DNA of 64,000 bases from Candidatus Latescibacterota bacterium (GTDB taxonomy: Bacteria > Latescibacterota > UBA2968). Position numbers and translations under genes: made by a program. Every line of letters starts with the position of its first letter. Within the stretch, counting starts at the first letter, position 1. The stretch covers positions 5,805,280 to 5,869,279 of the forward strand of contig OZ244960.1 in the NCBI GenBank assembly GCA_965222605.1, in the 5' to 3' direction. Below, in pieces: positions 19,975 to 29,557 of the stretch. A model generated the notes under the pieces. It was not told where the DNA came from, did not search any database, and saw nothing but the letters and a program-made list of their open reading frames with translations.

Positions 19975-21021
19975 TCAATCATCCAGCGTTTGCCGGCGAC
20001 GACGGGCGAGTTCGCGCAGGTCGTCAACGCGGTCGGATTCATCGACGATTTCAGAGCCGAGAATTTCTTCGAGTACGTCTTCAAGTGCCAGAACGCCAGC
20101 GAGTCCCCCGTATTCATCGATGACGGCAAAGAGGTGTTGGCGACGGTCGAGAAACATTTGCAGGATGCGGTCGAGGCTATGCGATTCGGCGACAAAATGC
20201 ACGGGTTGCATGAGGTCTGATAATTTGCTGTGGTCGCGGTCATCGGTAAGTGCAGCCAGGATGTCGCGCCGCAAAACAATGCCGACAATGTCTTCAAAAT
20301 CTTTCTCGAAAACGGGAATGCGGCTGTAAGACCATATTCCGCGCTGGTTGCGGGCTTCTTCAACGGTGAGGTCGTCTTTGAGTGAAAAGACAACGGTTCG
20401 GGGGGTCATGATCTCCCTTGCAGTTTTGGATTTGAGGGAGAGTATATTTTGTATCACGCGCGCTTCTGTGGGGTCTAATGCGCCACTGCGCCTTCCCAGG
20501 CGGGCGAGTGAAATGAGTTCTTCATCGGAAATATCCTGTTCTTTTTGTTCTTTGGCAACCAGGCGCGTGGCCAGGCGCGACAATACAATAAATGGTGCGA
20601 ATATCCAGACCAATAACTGGAGGGGGCGGGCAATGATGCTCGCCAGCGGGCGCGCATAAACCACGCCGATTGTTTTGGGCAGGAGTTCGGATAGGAATAA
20701 GATGGCGAAGGTCATTGCGATGGAAAAGGCAATGCCAGCAAAGGACTCGCCGGCTGTTTCTTCTCCCATAACCGCTGTGGCAAAAAGAAATCCAGCGAGG
20801 CTGACGCCACCGGTGTTTGATATGGTGTTCAGAGATAAGATGGCGGAAATTGGGCGGTCAACGGTTTGGCGCAAGCGTCGCAAGATGAGGCCAGAGGTTT
20901 TGTTTTCTTGCGCGAGGATTTCGATATGGCTGATGGGCACAGAATAGAGTACGGCTTCAAAGAGGGAGCACATGGCAGATATTAAAATAACAGCAGCAAC
21001 AACAATAATAAGCTCGATCAT
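19975..21021 (-). CDS. CNNM/HlyC/CorC-family membrane protein (DUF21 plus CBS pair)
   Basis: Start MIELIIVVAAVILISAMCSLFEA; TM DUF21 region followed by CBS-pair region (REIMTPR...). Confidence 0.85.
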   Translation of the reverse strand: MIELIIVVAAVILISAMCSLFEAVLYSVPISHIEILAQENKTSGLILRRLRQTVDRPISAILSLNTISNTGGVSLAGFLFATAVMGEETAGESFAGIAFSIAMTFAILFLSELLPKTIGVVYARPLASIIARPLQLLVWIFAPFIVLSRLATRLVAKEQKEQDISDEELISLARLGRRSGALDPTEARVIQNILSLKSKTAREIMTPRTVVFSLKDDLTVEEARNQRGIWSYSRIPVFEKDFEDIVGIVLRRDILAALTDDRDHSKLSDLMQPVHFVAESHSLDRILQMFLDRRQHLFAVIDEYGGLAGVLALEDVLEEILGSEIVDESDRVDDLRELARRRRQTLDD

Positions 21022-21250
21022 GGGATTTTGTCTCCTTGCGCAGTTTGGCAAGACTGGGAGGTTTCATCTTTTTATTTAAGCATAAATTTTTTTTCGTCAA
21101 GATGTTTGCGAGGCGGGGTACAACTTTGGCAAGAGTTTAACCTCTGGCTTGCAATAAGGTATTTTTCCTTGCCAAGTGTGTTTGAATCCGCTAAATTACG
21201 GCGTCATAATTTTCGAAATTTTACGGGGATTATCATTTTTACAAAATGCT

Positions 21251-21631
21251 ATGAAACGCGAAAGAATACATTATAACACGGTGCGCGAAGTTTGTTTTGC
21301 GCCGGAAGATCTCGTTCGTCTTTCCGATAATTTGCAGGAAAACGGCGCGCCATGTCATATCCGCCATTTAATGCCCGGGGAGGCAGACCCCGTGCGTTTG
21401 GCTCAGGTCAAAGACGTTATTGAAACGGTACTGACAGGGCGCAAGTACGAGGTTTTGTTGCTGCGCTCGCAGGGCAAGACTTTTACAGAAATCGCGCTGC
21501 TTTTAGAGATTTCAAAAAGTGCGGTGCAAAGTCACTACCGCCTCGCCATACGGCGGGTGCAACGCGCTCTGGGTATAGAACCCGGACAAAAGGTCAAACC
21601 CCCGTCACCATCGCCGTATTCCATGGTCTAA
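21251..21631 (+). CDS. Small LuxR/sigma-70-region-4-type HTH protein
   Basis: Start at MKRERIHY; C-terminal LTGRKYEVLLLRSQGKTFTEIALLLEISKSAVQSHYRLAIRRV is a region-4/LuxR-type HTH. Confidence 0.55.
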   Translation: MKRERIHYNTVREVCFAPEDLVRLSDNLQENGAPCHIRHLMPGEADPVRLAQVKDVIETVLTGRKYEVLLLRSQGKTFTEIALLLEISKSAVQSHYRLAIRRVQRALGIEPGQKVKPPSPSPYSMV

Positions 21632-21655
21632 CTTTCCTCTGTTTGTTTTGTCAAT

Positions 21656-21687
21656 CAGGTTCCGCTTTGCGCGACCTGTTTTTTTTT
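21656..21687 (+). terminator. Rho-independent terminator
   Basis: CAGGTtcCGCtttGCGcgACCTG stem-loop followed by a run of nine T. Confidence 0.65.
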
Positions 21688-21796
21688 GCTCCAAAGCCTC
21701 CAGTCCCTCGCCTTTTTCTAAAAAATGTCGCAGGAGACCCGTGCTTGAGCACGGAGAGGAATGTGACGTGATTGAATGTGGTGTTGCATGTAGATG

Positions 21797-21825
21797 TTGA
21801 CATTCATACCATTTGCAAGTATATT
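21797..21825 (+). promoter_or_regulatory. Consensus-like sigma-70 promoter upstream of tnpB
   Basis: TTGACA (21797-21802), 17-nt spacer, TATATT (21820-21825), about 70 nt before the tnpB ATG. Confidence 0.55.
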
Positions 21826-21895
21826 GGAGTATGATTAAGCTAATAAAAACAATAGTTTGTGTCTATGAATCTGCATTGCGGAGGGTCAATTTTAG

Positions 21896-23134
21896 ATGCA
21901 ATACCTGACAATAAAAGCCCATCTTCGTGGAGAACCTGAACGCTTTGCCATTCTCCGTGACGCAATGCTGTCTGCGACCAAAGTCTATAATGGCTTGATC
22001 TTCCATCTGCGTGAAGAATACGACCAGCATGGGAAAGTCTGTTATTCGGTCAGCCATCTCAACCGTATCGCCCGCGGATTGCCTCGCCACAAGGAATTGT
22101 ACTCCGATGTGGTGGACACCACGCGACAAGAGGTGGGGTGGGCTTTTCGGTCGTTCTTTCAAAAGTGCAAGCGCGACAAGAAGGCACGGCCTCCAGGGTT
22201 CAGGAAGAAGACGTGCCTGTCTCCGCTGCGCTATTCCCACCCCAATAATGGATCCATCAAAGTGATCCACAAACGCGGGATGACATATCTTCGCATGTCC
22301 CTTGGCACCACCCGACAGGACGGTGTGCGCCATATCGTCTTTCGTCTCCACACCCGCCCAGATATTGACCTTCAGAGGTTGAAAAACGTCCAGATCATCT
22401 ACGATACGCACACACGGGATTTCCAAGTCCGTCTGGTGGTCGAAGTGGATATTGTTCAAAAGCTGAGAGAGGCCACCGTTGGTGTAGATATAGGCGAAGA
22501 CTGGCTCATCGCCGCAGATTTCTGTGACAGCACGCGGTATCTGATCTGTGGACGTGAACTTAAGGCCACACGCCGATACTGGCAGAAGGTCAGAGCAAAG
22601 GTCAAACCGCCCAGCCAGGACCATCCCAAGATGTCGAGACGCTATCGCCAGATCGCCCGAAAAGAAGCCCGACAAATCACGCATGCCCTCCATATCGCCA
22701 GCAGACGGTTTGTGGATATGTGTGCCGATAAGGGTGTGGGCACTATCATCCTGGGAGACCTGACCGGCATCCGACAGCACATCGCTTATGGCACAAGGAT
22801 GAATCAACGCCTGCACGCCTGGCCATATGATAGGCTCAGGGCGATGATTGAATACAAGGCCGCACTGTGTGGCATAAAGGTCAAAGTCGTCTCGGAAAAG
22901 TATACCTCGCAGACTTGCCCGCACTGTGGTATAAGAAAGAAATCCAATCGCAAACATCGTGGTTGGTACTCCTGCCTATGTGGCTTTGAAGGTCAAGCGG
23001 ATCTGGTAGGTGCTTTCAATATCCACCGGCAGGTATCTGGGGTTCCCAGTAGTGGGCGTTCGGCACGCCCCGTGGTCTTGGTGTATGATCACCATACGGT
23101 CCACGAAGCTGCAAGTTCTCGAGAGGCAGCCTGA
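21896..23134 (+). CDS. tnpB: TnpB-family RNA-guided nuclease-like protein (IS200/IS605 OrfB)
   Basis: 412 aa; RuvC-I VGVDIGED (Asp198), RuvC-II region IILGDLTGIR (Gly287 where Glu is expected), zinc finger CPHCG...CLCG, RuvC-III QADLVGAFNI (Asp369). Confidence 0.88.
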   Translation: MQYLTIKAHLRGEPERFAILRDAMLSATKVYNGLIFHLREEYDQHGKVCYSVSHLNRIARGLPRHKELYSDVVDTTRQEVGWAFRSFFQKCKRDKKARPPGFRKKTCLSPLRYSHPNNGSIKVIHKRGMTYLRMSLGTTRQDGVRHIVFRLHTRPDIDLQRLKNVQIIYDTHTRDFQVRLVVEVDIVQKLREATVGVDIGEDWLIAADFCDSTRYLICGRELKATRRYWQKVRAKVKPPSQDHPKMSRRYRQIARKEARQITHALHIASRRFVDMCADKGVGTIILGDLTGIRQHIAYGTRMNQRLHAWPYDRLRAMIEYKAALCGIKVKVVSEKYTSQTCPHCGIRKKSNRKHRGWYSCLCGFEGQADLVGAFNIHRQVSGVPSSGRSARPVVLVYDHHTVHEAASSREAA

Positions 23135-23200
23135 AAGTCAGGGCAACTCCCGGAATCCCTCGACTTTAGTCGAGGGAGCACGTCGAGTGTATCTTTGGTG
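23000..23200 (+). ncRNA. Candidate omega/reRNA scaffold overlapping the tnpB 3' end
   Basis: Inferred only from the known position of TnpB guide RNAs, plus the perfect 8-bp hairpin at 23157-23176; boundaries not determined. Confidence 0.3.
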
Positions 23201-23255
23201 TTTATCACAATAGTTGTGAATCGCGTTTTAATTTCATTTTTGAAAGGAGTTTTCC

Positions 23256-23633
23256 ATGGCTGTATTTCTTCATACGCGCATTCGCGTGAGCGATTTGGAT
23301 AAGTCGATCCAGTATTATTGCGATCACTTTGGTTTTGTGCTAAAGAGCCGTTCGGAGAAGTCGCCAGCGGGCAATCAGATCTGCCATCTGGAATTGCCGG
23401 GCAACGAGCATACGCTGGAATTGACGTATTCCGATGATTACGAGTTGAATGTGCCCGAAGATTTGATGCACTTTGCGATCGGCGTGTCCGATTTGATTGC
23501 CTTTTGCGATGAGCTAGAAAAAAATGGACTCGAAATTTGGCCCGGCGATTGGCGAGAGACTTTCCCCACAGGTCGCAAAATGGCGTTTGTCGATGATCCC
23601 GATGGGTATGAAATTGAGTTGTTGGAACGATAA
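23256..23633 (+). CDS. gloA: Lactoylglutathione lyase / VOC-family protein
   Basis: 125 aa; HTRIRVSDLDKSIQYY...HLELPGNEHTLELTY...HFAIGV...DPDGYEIELLE is the glyoxalase I pattern. Confidence 0.85.
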   Translation: MAVFLHTRIRVSDLDKSIQYYCDHFGFVLKSRSEKSPAGNQICHLELPGNEHTLELTYSDDYELNVPEDLMHFAIGVSDLIAFCDELEKNGLEIWPGDWRETFPTGRKMAFVDDPDGYEIELLER

Positions 23634-23640
23634 AAATTAA

Positions 23641-23670
23641 GGGATCGCCTGACTGAAATAAGGCGGTCCC
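23641..23670. terminator. Bidirectional stem-loop between convergent gloA and higA
   Basis: GGGATCGCCT-10 nt-AGGCGGTCCC (one G-U pair), T-rich on the plus-strand side. Confidence 0.5.
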
Positions 23671-23744
23671 TCAAGTTATTTTATTAGTAATTGCCGGGTT
23701 TTATTTTTGAAAGGGGATACAGGATGCGGTGGGATAGATATCAA

Positions 23745-24044
23745 TCAGTCGGATGGTGTAGTGATTACAACGCGCTCAACCTGAATCTCATCGGCCTTCT
23801 GCATGACCTGTGCCAAGTCGTAGGCCGCCTGCATTCGGTACCATGTGATTGCGCCTCCGCCGAAGGCTTTGTCCAGGCGAATCGCCATCTCAGGCGAGAT
23901 GCCAGCCTGGCCGTTCACGATATCCGATAGTTCCTCGTAGTCAACGCCGAGTTTTTGCGCGGCTACAGCCACACTCAGCCCAAGTGGTTCCAGGCAATCG
24001 TAGCGTACTGACAGCCCCGGATGGGGCGGATTCTTCATCGGCAT
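23745..24044 (-). CDS. higA: HigA-family antitoxin (XRE HTH)
   Basis: 99 aa; [30 protein letters not shown]...[12 protein letters not shown] is the HigA pattern. Confidence 0.85.
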   Translation of the reverse strand: MPMKNPPHPGLSVRYDCLEPLGLSVAVAAQKLGVDYEELSDIVNGQAGISPEMAIRLDKAFGGGAITWYRMQAAYDLAQVMQKADEIQVERVVITTPSD

Positions 24045-24053
24045 TTTTTCTCC

Positions 24054-24332
24054 TTAGTGGTAGTCAATCAAGTCCACGTTACGAGCATTTTCTCCTTTAA
24101 ACTGAAACACGATGCGCCAGTTACCCGACACACTGACCGACCAGTATCCCATGCGGTTACCTTTTAACGGATGTAGTCGAAAGCCCGGTAGGTTCATGTC
24201 TCCAGGTACTGTCGCCTCATCAAGGCGGGCTAGAATACGCTCTATTTTGTCAGCGTATTCAGGTTGAACATATCGCCGATTTCCTTCTTCATAGAGGGAT
24301 TTGAGACCTTTGTGGCGAAAACTGAGGATCAT
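24054..24332 (-). CDS. higB: HigB-family toxin (RelE superfamily, killer protein)
   Basis: 92 aa; MILSFRHKGLKSLYE...LHPLKGNRMGYWSVSVSGNWRIVFQF...DLIDYH is the HigB pattern; toxin upstream of antitoxin as usual for HigBA. Confidence 0.85.
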   Translation of the reverse strand: MILSFRHKGLKSLYEEGNRRYVQPEYADKIERILARLDEATVPGDMNLPGFRLHPLKGNRMGYWSVSVSGNWRIVFQFKGENARNVDLIDYH

Positions 24333-24416
24333 AAACCAAATATAACCTATCTTCTTCCAGAATCAAAATATCACCTAAATTCAGCATCGATTGCAGAATG
24401 ACCAGGTCCAGAACTG

Positions 24417-24872
24417 ATGTTACCCAATTTAACTGTGCGTCCAGCGCGGGTTTCTGATAGAAAAGCACTTAATGAATTAGTAAAAATGATTGGACCGCAA
24501 TGCGTTATGGAGTTGCCGGGCGGGCACGTGTCCATAGATGTGGAGCAGATACTTGTGGCCGTGCAGAGCGATCAGGTGATTGGATTTGTGGCATGGCATC
24601 AAGATGAGATGCAGGCCGCGATTGTGGGGCTTGGGGTGTGTGATACGCATCGGCGCTTTGGCGTGGCAACGCAGTTGGTCAACGCGCTGACTGAGCATTT
24701 GCGGGAGGCGGGGTTGCGGTTGTTGGAAGTGGTTGTGCCCGGCGATGGGGTAGGCGCGATGGCCGTTTTTGAATCGGTAGGGTTCAGGCGGCTGGGGCGC
24801 AGTGCTACTGGTGCGTTTACTTTTGAATATCGCTTGTGGGGACGCAGAAATCGGGCAGATGGATTTGCGTGA
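24417..24872 (+). CDS. GNAT-family N-acetyltransferase
   Basis: 151 aa; acetyl-CoA motif HRRFGVATQLVNAL. Confidence 0.75.
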   Translation: MLPNLTVRPARVSDRKALNELVKMIGPQCVMELPGGHVSIDVEQILVAVQSDQVIGFVAWHQDEMQAAIVGLGVCDTHRRFGVATQLVNALTEHLREAGLRLLEVVVPGDGVGAMAVFESVGFRRLGRSATGAFTFEYRLWGRRNRADGFA

Positions 24873-24924
24873 TCTGTTATTAGTTTGGGAGCAATGTCAG
24901 GCAGGTGATTGAGAAAGGTGGATT

Positions 24925-26880
24925 ATGGCCGAAGTACAAACCTCAAATACAACAGATGTAGCAACGCGCGAGGGTATTACGCTCAGGGCTGTTCTTTTTG
25001 GTATGGTCGTGGTGCTGTGGATTGCGTTTTGGAATACGCATGCCGAGTATCTCGCCCATACATCGCGTATGAATATCAGCCATTTTCCAATGGTATTGTT
25101 GTGTACCTATGTGCTGGTGGTGTTGCTGAATCAGTTGGTGCGCTGGATAAAGCCTCGATATGCGCTGTGTCAAACCGAGTTGCTGATGGTGTTGGCGATG
25201 GGGCTTTTGGGTGCGGCCATTCCCGCTTATGGTTTGACGAGTTTTTTTCTGGGCATGATTTCGGTGCCGCATTATCTGGCGACGCCCGAAAATCAATGGT
25301 CGGAATTTGTCCATCCCCATTTGCCCGATTGGCTGGTGCCGAGCAATGAAGGCCACGCCATGCAATGGCTTTACGAGGGCCTGCCTGCGGGACAATCCAT
25401 TCCCTGGGATGTGTGGGTTGTTCCGCTGTTCTGGTGGTTGAGCGTTATTGCAGCCATTGTTCTGGCGTCTATCGCGCTTTCAAGTATGTTGCGAAAACAG
25501 TGGTCTGAGCACGAGCGCGTGGCCTATCCCGTGCTCGGTCCTCCGGTAGAACTGGCCTCGGCTGCCGACGCGCCAAAGCGGGAAGGCATTTTGTACAATC
25601 GGTTGTTCTGGATTGGATGCGGCCTGATTTTTTTTGTTAAAGCGTGGAATATTTTGTCGTATTTCAACCCCGGTATTCCCATTATCTGGTTGGGACAGCA
25701 GTGGTTTTATTTTGCCCGATTTTATCCGCCGCAGCATACAGGGGTGAATTTTTTTACCATTGGCTTTGCGTATTTTGCCAATGTGGATGTGTTGTTTTCC
25801 ATTCTGGTATTTCATGTTCTATACCTCAATGAGATTGCTTTTTTTCGTCGAATTGGGTTCACATTGACGGCCAAAACGGGTCCCGGCGATGCGGTGGCTG
25901 GGCTGCAAAGTGCCGGTGCATTTATTGCTCTGGTCTTCTGGACATTTTGGACGGCGCGGTTGCATTTGAAGGATGTGTTTCGCAAGGCGTTATGGGGCGA
26001 CGATACGGTGGATGATTCGGATGAGTTGATGTCGCATCGCATGGCGGTTATTTCGCTTGGGGTCAGCGTGTTGTTCTTGCTGTTGTGGCTGCGTACTATG
26101 GGATTGGAATGGAATTTTGCGTGTCTGTTAACCCTGGGTTTATTCATCGCTTATGTTGGGCTTGCCCGTGTGATTGCCGAAACCGGCGTGGTGTATATGA
26201 GCATGCCTATCAGCGAGGCCGGTTTCGCAGATCTGTTTTTTCATCCGGCAGATTATTCGGCGGGTGCGAGAACTTCGATCACGCTGTTTTCTGCCTTGCG
26301 TTGCCAGAGCAAGGCAATGTTTATGGTGCCTCTGGTTCACGTTGCCAGGTTGGGCGAGTTGATCCAGCAGCAAAAGGGGCGTTTGTTGATGACCGTGCTT
26401 TTGACACTCATCGTTGGGATCGGTGGGACGGTGATTCTGACGCTTTTTTTGAGTTATACACACGGCGCGTATAATTTTAATGATCTTCCTTTTACGCGCT
26501 ATCCGCCGCGGGTGTACGACGGTCTGGTCAACGCCTTAAAAGAAGTGCCCGAATACAAACCCGAACGCTATTTGTTTATCGGTGCTGGAGCACTCATTTT
26601 TAGTGTTATGAGTTTTTTGCGGTATCGCTTTACATGGTGGCCCCTGCATCAGATTGGGATGATTGTGCCGGTTGGTCACGCGATGCATTCGACTATGTCT
26701 ATTTTGATTGCGTGGAGCGCCAAAGCTATTATTCTTCGCATTGGGGGAGCTTCGCTTTATCGGCGCAGTCGGCCCTTTTTTGTCGGGATGCTGGTGGGCT
26801 ATGGGCTTGCCGTGTTCACGTCCTATGTGGTGGATCAGATTTGGTTTCCCGGGCGGGGGCATCACATGCATTCGTGGTAG
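24925..26880 (+). CDS. Large polytopic membrane protein of unknown function
   Basis: 651 aa; many hydrophobic segments; no catalytic motif recognised. Confidence 0.6.
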   Translation: MAEVQTSNTTDVATREGITLRAVLFGMVVVLWIAFWNTHAEYLAHTSRMNISHFPMVLLCTYVLVVLLNQLVRWIKPRYALCQTELLMVLAMGLLGAAIPAYGLTSFFLGMISVPHYLATPENQWSEFVHPHLPDWLVPSNEGHAMQWLYEGLPAGQSIPWDVWVVPLFWWLSVIAAIVLASIALSSMLRKQWSEHERVAYPVLGPPVELASAADAPKREGILYNRLFWIGCGLIFFVKAWNILSYFNPGIPIIWLGQQWFYFARFYPPQHTGVNFFTIGFAYFANVDVLFSILVFHVLYLNEIAFFRRIGFTLTAKTGPGDAVAGLQSAGAFIALVFWTFWTARLHLKDVFRKALWGDDTVDDSDELMSHRMAVISLGVSVLFLLLWLRTMGLEWNFACLLTLGLFIAYVGLARVIAETGVVYMSMPISEAGFADLFFHPADYSAGARTSITLFSALRCQSKAMFMVPLVHVARLGELIQQQKGRLLMTVLLTLIVGIGGTVILTLFLSYTHGAYNFNDLPFTRYPPRVYDGLVNALKEVPEYKPERYLFIGAGALIFSVMSFLRYRFTWWPLHQIGMIVPVGHAMHSTMSILIAWSAKAIILRIGGASLYRRSRPFFVGMLVGYGLAVFTSYVVDQIWFPGRGHHMHSW

Positions 26881-26899
26881 AGGATGTGCATGAACAAAA

Positions 26900-28354
26900 A
26901 TGGGGGAGGATGTGAGCAGTCAATCTCTGGCAACACGAGCGGTGCGCGGTGCGTTTTGGACCAGTGGCGGGTTGGGCGTGCATCTAATCGTGACACTGAT
27001 TTTTTTTCGGATTCTAAATCTGGAAGATATGGGGTATTTCATCTGGGCACAGCGCGTTTTAATTTTGTTCCAGATGGTTGGTGTATTGGGTTTAAATGAT
27101 GCCCTGGTAAAATACCAGAATGCCTCTCGCGTCCACATTTCTTCTGCTTTTTGGACCTGTCTTTTTGTGGGCGTGGTGCTTTTTGCCGGGTTTATTGCAA
27201 GTGAGTGGCTTCTGATTATCTGGTTGGGGAGAACGCCGAATATTGCGGCGTTTTTTGATATTGCAAAACCCATGGCTTTGATCATTCCCCTTGCATCTGT
27301 TTCGGGCATTGTGAAAGCGATTCTGGCTCGGGAATTGCGCTTTCAATCCATAGCAATAAGTGAAATGGCCGCTGCGTTGATTGCGGCAATTGTTGGCATT
27401 GGCCTTCTCGTTGGTGGTTGGGGCATAAAAAGTGCGGTTTGGAATACAATAGCGAGAGAGATTGCATTGTTGGGCGGTTTGTGGATTGCCGCTGCCTGGA
27501 TGCCGTCGCTGTCGTTTAGTTGGGCAAAGCTGAAGGATCTCCTGCCATTTGGATTCAATGTTTCTGGCGCGAATCTGCTCAACAATATCAACAATAATCT
27601 GGACAAGGTCTATTTTGTTCCCGTTTTACTGGGGCCTGTTGCTGCGGGTATGTACGCTTTTGCCTATCAATACACTATGGTTCCATTGAATCGGGCAAGT
27701 GTTGTGCTTACGCGGGTAATTTTTCCGGCTTTTTCCGTGGTGCAGAGCGATAATCGGACTTTGCGACGGGGATATACGCGCACTATTACTGCGATTGCCC
27801 TTTTGGCCTGGCCCGCGCTCATAGGTGGTTTTATTTATGGGCGAGAGATTTTGTTGTTCGTAAAAGGCGAGGAGATATTGCCGGCTCTTAATTCACTCAG
27901 GCTGTTGGTTTTAGCTGGTATGCTTAAAGCTGTGGGTACGGTTGTGGGGTCAGTTTTTCTCGCCAAAGGAAAGGCAGACTGGTCATTCCGATGGACGCTT
28001 GTAAATCTGATTGTTTTCGTACCCGCGCTCTATTGGGGGGTGCGCTATGGTATCGATGGGATCGCCGCCGTGCTTTCAGCGGCTGCTGCGTTATTTCTCG
28101 TGGTTACGCAAATACTGGTCAACCGTTTGATCAATCTGCGAATGGCCAATTATTTGAAATCATTTGTTCGACCATTGCTGACAACGCTATTGGTCGCCGC
28201 TGCGCTGGTTGCGGTTCGTTTATTGACCGATCTGGGGCTTGTTGAAACTCTGTTGTTGGGAGGAGTGATTGGGAGCATTGCCTATGCTATTGCTGTTCGT
28301 TTGTTTGCGTGGGCATTTGTGATGCGGTTCTGGCGTGATTTCCGGGGGCAATAG
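26900..28354 (+). CDS. Polysaccharide-biosynthesis flippase (Wzx/MOP superfamily)
   Basis: 484 aa; 12-14 predicted TM segments; N-terminal LATRAVRGAFWTSGG typical of PST-family flippases. Confidence 0.8.
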   Translation: MGEDVSSQSLATRAVRGAFWTSGGLGVHLIVTLIFFRILNLEDMGYFIWAQRVLILFQMVGVLGLNDALVKYQNASRVHISSAFWTCLFVGVVLFAGFIASEWLLIIWLGRTPNIAAFFDIAKPMALIIPLASVSGIVKAILARELRFQSIAISEMAAALIAAIVGIGLLVGGWGIKSAVWNTIAREIALLGGLWIAAAWMPSLSFSWAKLKDLLPFGFNVSGANLLNNINNNLDKVYFVPVLLGPVAAGMYAFAYQYTMVPLNRASVVLTRVIFPAFSVVQSDNRTLRRGYTRTITAIALLAWPALIGGFIYGREILLFVKGEEILPALNSLRLLVLAGMLKAVGTVVGSVFLAKGKADWSFRWTLVNLIVFVPALYWGVRYGIDGIAAVLSAAAALFLVVTQILVNRLINLRMANYLKSFVRPLLTTLLVAAALVAVRLLTDLGLVETLLLGGVIGSIAYAIAVRLFAWAFVMRFWRDFRGQ

Positions 28355-28454
28355 ATCAAAAAATAGGCTCGAAATTGTGATTGTGTTGTCATCTACTTCA
28401 TGGCATAATGCAAGCGTTCGGCTGTAAAATGGGATTGTGAATAGGAGGTGCGTT

Positions 28455-29537
28455 TTGAAAACCTATCGCGTGGGCATTATTGGATTGGGACGAATGGGTA
28501 GCACCATTGACGATGAAGGGCATGCTGTAAAACCGTATTCTATTGCGGCCTGTTGTGAGGTGATAGATCAACTCGAACTGGTCGCTGGCTCCGATTTGCA
28601 GGCAGATAAGCGGGCAGCTTTTACCCGGCGATGGGGTGTGGAGGCTGTGTACGAAGATTATCTGGAGATGGTGGATCGAGAGTCGCTCGATCTGGTGGCG
28701 GTGTGTACAACCGCATCGGGTTTGTTTAAGCCTGCCCATGAAGCACCCGATGCCAATTTCAGGGGCGATTCGCATGCGGATTTAACCGTGAGCCTTGCCA
28801 ATGCTGGGGTGCCGATGTTGTATGTGGAGAAGGCCATGGCGAGTTCAATAGCGCGGGCAGATGAGATTTTGGAAGCGGTACGAGCAAATGGCACTGTGTT
28901 TAATACGGGTGTTTTGAGACGATTTAACGAAAGTTATCACACGGTGCGACGCGCAATTGCCGAGGGTGAAATTGGGGAACCCAAAGCAGCTGTTCACTAC
29001 GCGGCCTCGTCTTTGATGCACGGGCATATCCACTCCATAGATACGCTTTCTTTTTTGCTGGGTGACCCGGAGATTGAAGCGGTGCGGGGTGAATTGTTGC
29101 CACGAGATTTTGCGATTGAGAACAATCACATTGCTTTTGATCCGAGCGCGACTTTTCAATTGCGATTTGAAAATGGCATAGAAGCCTGGTCGGTACCCGC
29201 TGGTGGGTGGGAATTTGAGGTGATAGGGACAAAAGGGTGCATCCGGTCGATTAATAACGGCGATGGCATAAAGCTGAGAAAAACTGGTACTATGGTCGGC
29301 AAACGCCAGGGATGGGATGATGCGGAGGTCGCGCCTGTTGTGCCCAAAAGCCATGTGGTGTCGTGTCTCGAGGATTTGATAGACGCTTATGAGCAAGGGC
29401 GTCCAACGCTGGGGCATGTGGAGGTCGCTCATCACATCACTGAGGCTTGTATTGCTGTGGCAGAGAGCCATCGTCGGGGGAGTGCGTGGGTAAATCTGCC
29501 GCTAGAAGAAAGGGATTTGTACATCTTTCACGTTTAA
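28455..29537 (+). CDS. Gfo/Idh/MocA-family oxidoreductase
   Basis: Likely TTG start (LKTYRVGIIGLGRMG) directly after AGGAGG; VEKAMA motif. Confidence 0.85.
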   Translation: MKTYRVGIIGLGRMGSTIDDEGHAVKPYSIAACCEVIDQLELVAGSDLQADKRAAFTRRWGVEAVYEDYLEMVDRESLDLVAVCTTASGLFKPAHEAPDANFRGDSHADLTVSLANAGVPMLYVEKAMASSIARADEILEAVRANGTVFNTGVLRRFNESYHTVRRAIAEGEIGEPKAAVHYAASSLMHGHIHSIDTLSFLLGDPEIEAVRGELLPRDFAIENNHIAFDPSATFQLRFENGIEAWSVPAGGWEFEVIGTKGCIRSINNGDGIKLRKTGTMVGKRQGWDDAEVAPVVPKSHVVSCLEDLIDAYEQGRPTLGHVEVAHHITEACIAVAESHRRGSAWVNLPLEERDLYIFHV

Positions 29538-29557
29538 GCCATTATTGGGAGCAGACC

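Larger units (their letters stand above)
21739..23176 (+). mobile_element. TnpB-only IS200/IS605-like element (ends approximate, no tnpA)
   Basis: tnpB flanked by subterminal hairpins CCGTGC-ttga-GCACGG (21739-21754) and CCCTCGAC-ttta-GTCGAGGG (23157-23176); true ends not determinable without a second copy. Confidence 0.45.

Noticed and set aside
19947-20393. N-terminal 149-codon extension of the oxidoreductase ORF 18954-20393.
   Set aside because: It overlaps the CNNM/CorC gene on the same strand in another frame. The Rossmann N-terminus MLRVCVIGLGPIG starts at 19946. Similar extensions were trimmed at 1844-3010, 7101-8426, 29447-30634 and 51044-52015.
21863-22957. 364-aa ORF on the minus strand.
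   Set aside because: It is antisense to the well-supported tnpB ORF and has no recognisable motifs. It is a typical shadow ORF.
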